Program-made: the position numbers and the translations under genes
The notes under the pieces: generated by a model
What the model was told of the DNA's origin: nothing
Database searches by the model: none
Seen by the model: only the letters and a program-made list of their open reading frames with translations
Assembly (NCBI RefSeq): GCF_006861675.1
Contig: NZ_SGJB01000009.1
Location: 1,777-25,776, forward strand
Direction of reading: 5' to 3'
Length of the DNA stretch: 24,000 nucleotides
Source: Peptacetobacter hominis
GTDB lineage: Bacteria; Bacillota; Clostridia; Peptostreptococcales; Peptostreptococcaceae
Part shown: positions 18,721 through 24,000 of the stretch, in pieces
How positions within the stretch are numbered: the first letter of the stretch is position 1
Layout of the letters: each line of letters begins with the position of its first letter

Positions 18721-19431
18721 TTATATTATATCATAACTGAACAATTCTTTTAATACTTTTATGGCTTTATCCTGTTCTATAAAATATGGGCTCGTCGCTA
18801 TCGTTATGACTGACGCTCCTTTTATCAGTTCCTGTATTCTGTCAAATCTATCTGCAAATGGTATATAGTCCATGTCTGTAGAGAATATATCAAGATCTAT
18901 ATCCAGAACATATTCTCCACTTACATTTTCCTTCAGGCTATAAGTACTATCCATTATTATAAGCTCCGAAAATATTTTCTTCTCCATAGCAGGTTTTATA
19001 AAGCTTCCTACATTCAAAACCTCATTTGTGTATCTAAATACATCGTCCATATCATCTGTATTTACATCGTAGTTTTCAGGAACTCTGGTATCCTTATGCT
19101 GGTCTACATGTACAAGAGTACATCCTCTTTTGAATAGATTCTGATGTAGTGCGTCGTTCCAGAAATAGAACGCATGGTTGTGATTGTCAAATATATACAC
19201 TTTTTTTCCATCTTCTGTATCCCATTCAACCATTCTTTCAAGACCTTTTGCCTTTACTTCATTTCCATCATCGTCTATCTCATTGAATACCACTTTTTCT
19301 CCGATTTTCACATCGCAAAGCGTTCCTTCTATAAGTTCTGGAACGTATATACTTTTATTTTCTCTTTCCTCGTATGAAAATACATTATTTCCAAGAGGTC
19401 TGTCTATATAAAATCCTGTATAATGATTCAT
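18721..19431 (-). CDS. UPF0489 family protein (arginase-like / peptide-arginase superfamily)
   Basis: VYIFDNHNHAFYFWNDAL, CTLVHVDQHKDTRVP and YVLDIDLDIFS: Asp/His clusters resembling UPF0489 and arginase-like metal sites. Confidence 0.75.
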   Translation of the reverse strand: MNHYTGFYIDRPLGNNVFSYEERENKSIYVPELIEGTLCDVKIGEKVVFNEIDDDGNEVKAKGLERMVEWDTEDGKKVYIFDNHNHAFYFWNDALHQNLFKRGCTLVHVDQHKDTRVPENYDVNTDDMDDVFRYTNEVLNVGSFIKPAMEKKIFSELIIMDSTYSLKENVSGEYVLDIDLDIFSTDMDYIPFADRFDRIQELIKGASVITIATSPYFIEQDKAIKVLKELFSYDII

Positions 19432-19432
19432 T

Positions 19433-20110
19433 TTACTTCACTCCCGAAAAAAGATTCCATGGATACTCATTCGGCGGCTCGCATACGAATTTCATTTTTT
19501 CCTTTGTTGTCGGATGTACAAGTTCTATTACATTTGACCATAGAGCTATCTGCTGACCGACTTTATTTACATTCTGACCGTATCTCTGATCTCCGTAAAG
19601 AGGATGATTTCTCGATGCAAACTGAACCCTTATCTGATGTGATCTTCCTGTTTTCAGATCTATTTTTACAAGGCTGAATCCATCTTTATTTCCTATAGTT
19701 TCGTAATACAGCTGAGAGAATTTACCCTCTTTGTGATTTTTTGATACTACGCTTACCATATTTGTCTTTTTATTTTTATAAAGATAATCCTCCAGCATAT
19801 CCGATTTTCGCTTCATAGTTCCATGTATAACAGCTTTATACGATTTTTTGAATGTCTTGTTTCTTACCTGTTCAGAAAGCCTTGAGGCAGCCTTTGACGT
19901 CTTTGCAAACACCATTACACCGCCTACAGGTCTATCAAGTCTATGTACAAGTCCAAGATATACATTTCCCGGCTTGTTGTATTTTTCTTTTATGTATTTT
20001 TTTAGTAGATTGACCATATCATCGTCATTTGTATTGTCGCCCTGAGAAAGTATGTTCACAGGTTTTTCCACTACAAGAAGATGATTGTCCTCATAGATAA
20101 CCTTAACCAT
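19433..20110 (-). CDS. RluA-family pseudouridine synthase
   Basis: VIYEDNHLLVVEKPVNILSQGD; YLGLVHRLDRPVGGVMVFAKTSKAASRLSEQ; LKTGRSHQIRVQFASRNHPLYGDQRYG. The likely start is MVKVIYEDN at 20110, not the ORF-track start at 20143. Confidence 0.93.
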   Translation of the reverse strand: MVKVIYEDNHLLVVEKPVNILSQGDNTNDDDMVNLLKKYIKEKYNKPGNVYLGLVHRLDRPVGGVMVFAKTSKAASRLSEQVRNKTFKKSYKAVIHGTMKRKSDMLEDYLYKNKKTNMVSVVSKNHKEGKFSQLYYETIGNKDGFSLVKIDLKTGRSHQIRVQFASRNHPLYGDQRYGQNVNKVGQQIALWSNVIELVHPTTKEKMKFVCEPPNEYPWNLFSGVK

Positions 20111-20112
20111 TG

Positions 20113-20982
20113 TTATCTCTCCCATCTTCCAAATATACCACATGGAAGTATTTTACCATCTCTTGATGCCGGTATACCTACTTCTCCTCCGTATATTTTT
20201 CCACCTTTTACTTTTTTTCCTATCGTAGTTGAAAGCACGTTTTCAAGAACTATCGGTGAAAATCCTGTAGTATATGAATTTATAAGGAAGAATAGAGGAT
20301 CATCAGATAATACGTCCATACAAAGCTTTACAAAGTCGAAAAGTTTGTCTTCTATTTTCCACACTTCACCCTTAGGCCCTCTTCCGTATGAAGGAGGGTC
20401 CATTATTATAGCGTCGTATTTTCTTCCTCTTCTTATTTCTCTTTCTACAAATTTTACAACATCGTCAACTATAAATCTCACTGTCTGATTCTGAAGTCCT
20501 GATGTTTCTATATTTTCCTTTGCCCATGTAACCATACCCTTGGCAGCGTCTACGTGGCATACCTCAGCTCCTGCTGATGCACATGCAACTGTAGCTCCAC
20601 CAGTATATGCAAAAAGGTTAAGAACTCTTATAGGTCTTTTAGCTCCTTTTATTTTGTCTATCATCCAGTCCCAGTTTGCAGCCTGCTCAGGGAAAAGACC
20701 TGTATGTTTAAATCCTGTTGGCTTTATATTGAACTTAAGGTTTTTGTAGTTTATAACCCATTTTTCAGGATATCTTTTCTTGTGCTCCCAGTGTCCCCCA
20801 CCTCTGTTACTTCTGTGGTAGTGTCCATGAGGATTTTTCCATAAAGCCCATTCTTTTTCCATTGGCCATACAACCTGTGGATCCGGTCTTCTAAGTACTA
20901 TATCTCCCCATCTTTCAAGCTTTTCTCCGTTACCCATGTCTATAAGCTCGTAATCTTTCCAGTTATCTGCAAGTATAAGCAT
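20113..20982 (-). CDS. Class I SAM-dependent methyltransferase (RlmI/RlmK-like, PF10672-type)
   Basis: RVLNLFAYTGGATVACASAGAEVCHVDAAKGMVTWAKEN; YDAIIMDPPSYGRGPKGEVWKIE. Confidence 0.88.
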   Translation of the reverse strand: MLILADNWKDYELIDMGNGEKLERWGDIVLRRPDPQVVWPMEKEWALWKNPHGHYHRSNRGGGHWEHKKRYPEKWVINYKNLKFNIKPTGFKHTGLFPEQAANWDWMIDKIKGAKRPIRVLNLFAYTGGATVACASAGAEVCHVDAAKGMVTWAKENIETSGLQNQTVRFIVDDVVKFVEREIRRGRKYDAIIMDPPSYGRGPKGEVWKIEDKLFDFVKLCMDVLSDDPLFFLINSYTTGFSPIVLENVLSTTIGKKVKGGKIYGGEVGIPASRDGKILPCGIFGRWER

Positions 20983-21023
20983 TTTTTATCTCCTTTTTCT
21001 TTTATAATCTATCTCTCTATAAA

Positions 21024-21054
21024 GTCAAAAAGCAGCCTGAATGCTGCTTTTGAC
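21024..21054 (-). terminator. Terminator downstream of pyrF
   Basis: GTCAAAAAGCAGC (21024-21036) / GCTGCTTTTGAC (21043-21054) stem with one bulge, immediately 3' of pyrF on the minus strand. Confidence 0.65.
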
Positions 21055-21069
21055 CTCTATATTCTTTTA

Positions 21070-21786
21070 TTATGCGTTTTCTATTTCTTTAACTATATCT
21101 ATAGCAGCCTGTTTTGGATTCTCAGCCTTAGTTATAGGTCTTCCTACAACTATGTACTTAGCTCCTCTTCTTATTGCGTCTGCTGGAGTAACAACTCTCT
21201 TCTGATCTCCAACCTCAGCTGAAGCAGGTCTTATACCAGGGCATACTGTAACGAAATCATCTCCGCATACCTCTACTATCTTGTCAACTTCTCTTGCTGA
21301 ACAAACTACACCGTCTATTCCTGATTTTTTTGCAAGAAGAGCTCTTTTTATAACAAGTTCCTCAGCAGTATAGCTGCATCCTATATCCTGAAGATCCTCG
21401 TTGCTTAGAGATGTAAGAACTGTAACACCTACTATAAGCGGTTTTTCTATGTTAAGTCTTTCAGCTTCTTCTTTTGCTATTTCAGCACACTGTCTCATTC
21501 CTTCAAAGTCAGAAACATGTATTGTCATAAGCCATACATTATCTCTTACAGCTGCCTTTACTGCACTTTTCATAGTGTTTGGTATATCGTGGAATTTAAG
21601 GTCAAGGAATACTTTTTTTCCTTTTTCCTTAAGGTAATCAAGAGTTTTTCCTCTTGTAGCAACATACTGCTCTAGACCTACCTTGAATATATCAACACTG
21701 TCCTCAAGGCTGTCTATAAGAACTTTAGCCTTGTCAAAATCATCAGTATCGATTGCAACTATAAGTTTTTCTTTTCCGTTTATCAT
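21070..21786 (-). CDS. pyrF: Orotidine 5'-phosphate decarboxylase
   Basis: LIVAIDTDDFDKAKVLIDSL, VFLDLKFHDIPNTMKSAV, VCPGIRPASAEVGDQKRVVTPADAIRRGAKYIVVGRPIT. Confidence 0.96.
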   Translation of the reverse strand: MINGKEKLIVAIDTDDFDKAKVLIDSLEDSVDIFKVGLEQYVATRGKTLDYLKEKGKKVFLDLKFHDIPNTMKSAVKAAVRDNVWLMTIHVSDFEGMRQCAEIAKEEAERLNIEKPLIVGVTVLTSLSNEDLQDIGCSYTAEELVIKRALLAKKSGIDGVVCSAREVDKIVEVCGDDFVTVCPGIRPASAEVGDQKRVVTPADAIRRGAKYIVVGRPITKAENPKQAAIDIVKEIENA

Positions 21787-21857
21787 ATTCAGATATCTCC
21801 TTTATATATTTATTTTCTTATAAATTCCGCTCAGCGAAATCACTTTTTCGTACACAG

Positions 21858-21895
21858 AAAATCCTTATACTCTTGTAAACAGGCATAAGGATTTT
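21858..21895 (-). terminator. Putative terminator downstream of the DUF1847 gene
   Basis: AAAATCCTTAT (21858-21868) / ATAAGGATTTT (21885-21895) perfect 11-bp arms with partial additional pairing in the 16-nt centre; weak T run on the minus strand. Confidence 0.5.
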
Positions 21896-21937
21896 ATTAT
21901 ATCTATTATAATTGTTTTTTGTATATGATGTCAATTA

Positions 21938-22576
21938 TTATTGCTCATCATCAGGTTTTAATCTTTCTTTGAAATATGAACCTGCATTGTATATCGCTGC
22001 TATCGGATTATGCCCTGTAACTCTGTCCTTTGCTACAAGAACTGTAACAGGCGCATCCATGTATTTTATGGCAAGTGTATCGTGTCCTACGCAAAGTCCA
22101 AACAGTATATTCAAATCTGTCTTTTCCTCATTCAAAAATAATGCCTGTCCTATAGGATTGCACATATTTTCTTCATCAGGTTCTCTGGATACGGTACACC
22201 CACTTTCTATACCTATTTCAGATTTTGGTATAGCTCCATTTTTACATGCTATGGATGCAACTTCAAATCCGTGACTTCTGAATATTTTCCGGGCTGTTTC
22301 AGCTTCATCAGAAAGACCGATACAGAATGCCAGACCAAGTTTTTTATATCCGCATTTTTTAGAAAACTCTATTATCTCTTTTATTCTGGTCCACTGACAG
22401 TACCCCTGAGCCTCTACTTCTGCCGCATTATGGGCAATCTTCATGTTATCCCCCTCGTGATAAAGAGCTCTTGCTTTTTCTCTCATTTCTTTATCTTTTG
22501 TAGGACAAACTTTCATCATTTTCTTCTCGTCGTTTGCATAACATCCCTGTCCTTTACATGATGCACAGTTATACAT
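21938..22576 (-). CDS. DUF1847 domain-containing Cys-rich protein
   Basis: MYNCASCKGQGCYANDEKKMMKVCPTKD N-terminal Cys cluster; LGLAFCIGLSDEA, NPIGQALFLNEEKTDLNILFGLCVGHDTLAIKYMDAPVTVLVAKDRVTGHNPIAA. Confidence 0.82.
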   Translation of the reverse strand: MYNCASCKGQGCYANDEKKMMKVCPTKDKEMREKARALYHEGDNMKIAHNAAEVEAQGYCQWTRIKEIIEFSKKCGYKKLGLAFCIGLSDEAETARKIFRSHGFEVASIACKNGAIPKSEIGIESGCTVSREPDEENMCNPIGQALFLNEEKTDLNILFGLCVGHDTLAIKYMDAPVTVLVAKDRVTGHNPIAAIYNAGSYFKERLKPDDEQ

Positions 22577-22600
22577 ATAAACACCCCCTAAATAGGCATT

Positions 22601-23488
22601 CTACATTTCTTCCTGTATTTCCTCTTCTACATCCGCATTTGTTCTTTCTTCAACTGATATAAAATATTCTCTTCCACCGATTCTATTTCTAAGTTCCATA
22701 TCTTTATATACTATATCTATATCATTTTCTCTACACGCTATATCCAGGTGTTTAAGTGCAATACCCATACTTATCGCACTCATATTTTTAAGCTGTGCCT
22801 TTCTTGGTACTTTTTCAAAAAAGTGTATATAATTACCCTCTTTTGATACATACCATGGCTGAGAGTTTTTAACAGACGGAGCTCTTCTTACAAGCTCCAT
22901 TACATTTTCCCACTTTCCTGTCATTCCCTTTGATATCTTTGCAATCGGTTTTCTATCAGGTACTGCAAATCTTGTTCTGAAAAGAGGTTCTGACTTTATA
23001 GGCATACCAAATGCTATTATTGTACATGGTTCTCCTATATTTTCATCTATCTCCGCATCTTTCATCATTTCTGATACCTCAAAACCGCTTTCATCTCTTA
23101 CAAACTCTCTTTCATCTTCCTCTGTCTGAAGGCAATCCAGAATATCCGCCTTTGTAAGATGTGAATCAAGCCAGCATGTTGCTATTCCAAGACTTGTCAT
23201 ATAAAGAACCACTTCCTCAAGCGCAAATCCTGCATTCTGAAGATGATTTTTCCCACCTTCTGATGTTACAACTATATAATGCGGCGCTTTTATTTTACAT
23301 TCTTTTCCCATCAGGAAATGTATCAGATGTCCTTTATCTATTACGTGAGCTTTTATGTTTAAATCCTCATCTATATAACTTATATTATTACATGCTCTTC
23401 TTACATCTTCTATAAGATGCTCTTTTAATTTCTTATTTGAAAAAAATTCAGTTGTTTTTCTATAGTAAATGGCTTCACTTAGTTCCAT
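22601..23488 (-). CDS. Nitroreductase family protein (putative TM-nitroreductase type)
   Basis: MELSEAIYYRKTTEFF; LQNAGFALEEVVLYMTSLGIATCWLDSHL; EPCTIIAFGMP; VMELVRRAPSVKNSQPWYV; MSAISMGIALKHLDIA. Confidence 0.82.
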   Translation of the reverse strand: MELSEAIYYRKTTEFFSNKKLKEHLIEDVRRACNNISYIDEDLNIKAHVIDKGHLIHFLMGKECKIKAPHYIVVTSEGGKNHLQNAGFALEEVVLYMTSLGIATCWLDSHLTKADILDCLQTEEDEREFVRDESGFEVSEMMKDAEIDENIGEPCTIIAFGMPIKSEPLFRTRFAVPDRKPIAKISKGMTGKWENVMELVRRAPSVKNSQPWYVSKEGNYIHFFEKVPRKAQLKNMSAISMGIALKHLDIACRENDIDIVYKDMELRNRIGGREYFISVEERTNADVEEEIQEEM

Positions 23489-23535
23489 GTGTTCCTCCTG
23501 TTTTATCTATCTCAATTATTTCAGCTATATCCTAT

Positions 23536-23555
23536 TATACACAAAAATGTGTATA
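23536..23555. promoter_or_regulatory. Operator-like palindrome in a divergent promoter region
   Basis: TATACACA-AAAA-TGTGTATA perfect 8-bp inverted repeat in the 131-nt spacer between divergent nitroreductase and aminopeptidase genes; TATAAT-like hexamers at 23571 and 23583. Confidence 0.4.
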
Positions 23556-23619
23556 TTATCTATTTGATGATATAATATTATTTATAATATAATTCTATCA
23601 GAAATGGAGGTTTAAAAAA

Positions 23620-24000
23620 ATGGACTTTAAACGAAATCTAGAAAAATACGCCGAACTTTCGGTAAAAACAGGCATAAATGTACAGCCCGGAGAAACACTT
23701 CTTGTTCGCTCTCCTATCGAATGTGCAGATTTCACCAGAGCTGCTGTAAGATATGCATATGAATGCGGTGCAAAGCGAGTTCATGTAGAGTGGAGCGATG
23801 ATGACTGTACGCTAAGCACATATAAACTTGCTCCTTCTGATTCATTCAATGAATATCCACAGTGGCAGGCCGACAAATATACATCAATTGCTGAAGAGGG
23901 CGGTTCTTTCCTTACTGTTTCAGCAACAGATCCCGATCTTCTTAAAGATGTAGATCCTCAGAGAATCGCTGATTTTCAGAAAGCTTCCGGAAAAGCTCTT
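23620..24000 (+). CDS. M29-family aminopeptidase, N-terminal part; runs off the right edge
   Basis: ATG at 23620 with GGAGG RBS (23606-23610); MDFKRNLEKYAELSVKTGINVQPGETLLVRSPIECADFTRAAVRYAYECGAKRVHVEWSDDDCTLSTYKLAPSDSFNEYPQW, typical M29 aminopeptidase N-terminus. Confidence 0.9.
   Translation, partial: MDFKRNLEKYAELSVKTGINVQPGETLLVRSPIECADFTRAAVRYAYECGAKRVHVEWSDDDCTLSTYKLAPSDSFNEYPQWQADKYTSIAEEGGSFLTVSATDPDLLKDVDPQRIADFQKASGKAL

Noticed and set aside
20111-20143. Apparent 31-nt overlap between the RluA gene and the methyltransferase gene
   Set aside because: Depends on an upstream start (MWYIWKMGEIT); the family-typical start MVKVIYEDN at 20110 removes the overlap.
20081-20488. 135-aa plus-strand ORF antisense to the methyltransferase gene
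   Set aside because: Overlaps a confidently identified CDS; no RBS or family features.
1-24000. Search by eye for CRISPR arrays, toxin-antitoxin pairs, retrons, phage genes, transposases, tRNA/rRNA
   Set aside because: No regularly spaced repeats, reverse transcriptase YxDD, integrase/transposase signatures or tRNA-like cloverleaf sequences were recognised. A tool-based scan (tRNAscan-SE, Infernal/Rfam, DefenseFinder) would be needed to exclude short or divergent elements.

Overview
The window is a typical low-GC Firmicutes/Clostridia-like chromosomal segment. Most of it is minus-strand housekeeping genes: lysS (partial), greA, dusB, coaX, birA, ftsH, tilS, a DUF1934 gene, murI, a GntR regulator, ispE and veg. 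A second minus-strand block holds a SEC-C protein, a UPF0489 protein, an RluA-type pseudouridine synthase, a class I SAM methyltransferase, pyrF, a DUF1847 protein and a nitroreductase. Between the two blocks (about 10.99-18.1 kb) is a plus-strand accessory block: LysR regulator, fructose-type PTS IIA and IIBC, MalY/PatB-like PLP enzyme, PRD/EIIA-type regulator and an M20 (PepT-like) peptidase. It has operator-like repeats in front of the PTS and factor-independent terminator-like hairpins. A plus-strand M29-type aminopeptidase gene starts at the right edge. No CRISPR array, rRNA, tRNA, mobile element or defence system was recognised. The most interesting candidate is the PTS + C-S lyase/aminotransferase + peptidase locus, which lacks a sugar kinase or glycosidase and whose substrate cannot be read from sequence. 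The orphan UPF0489 (arginase-like) protein and the DUF1847/nitroreductase pair are secondary. I did not find strong evidence for a wholly new system.
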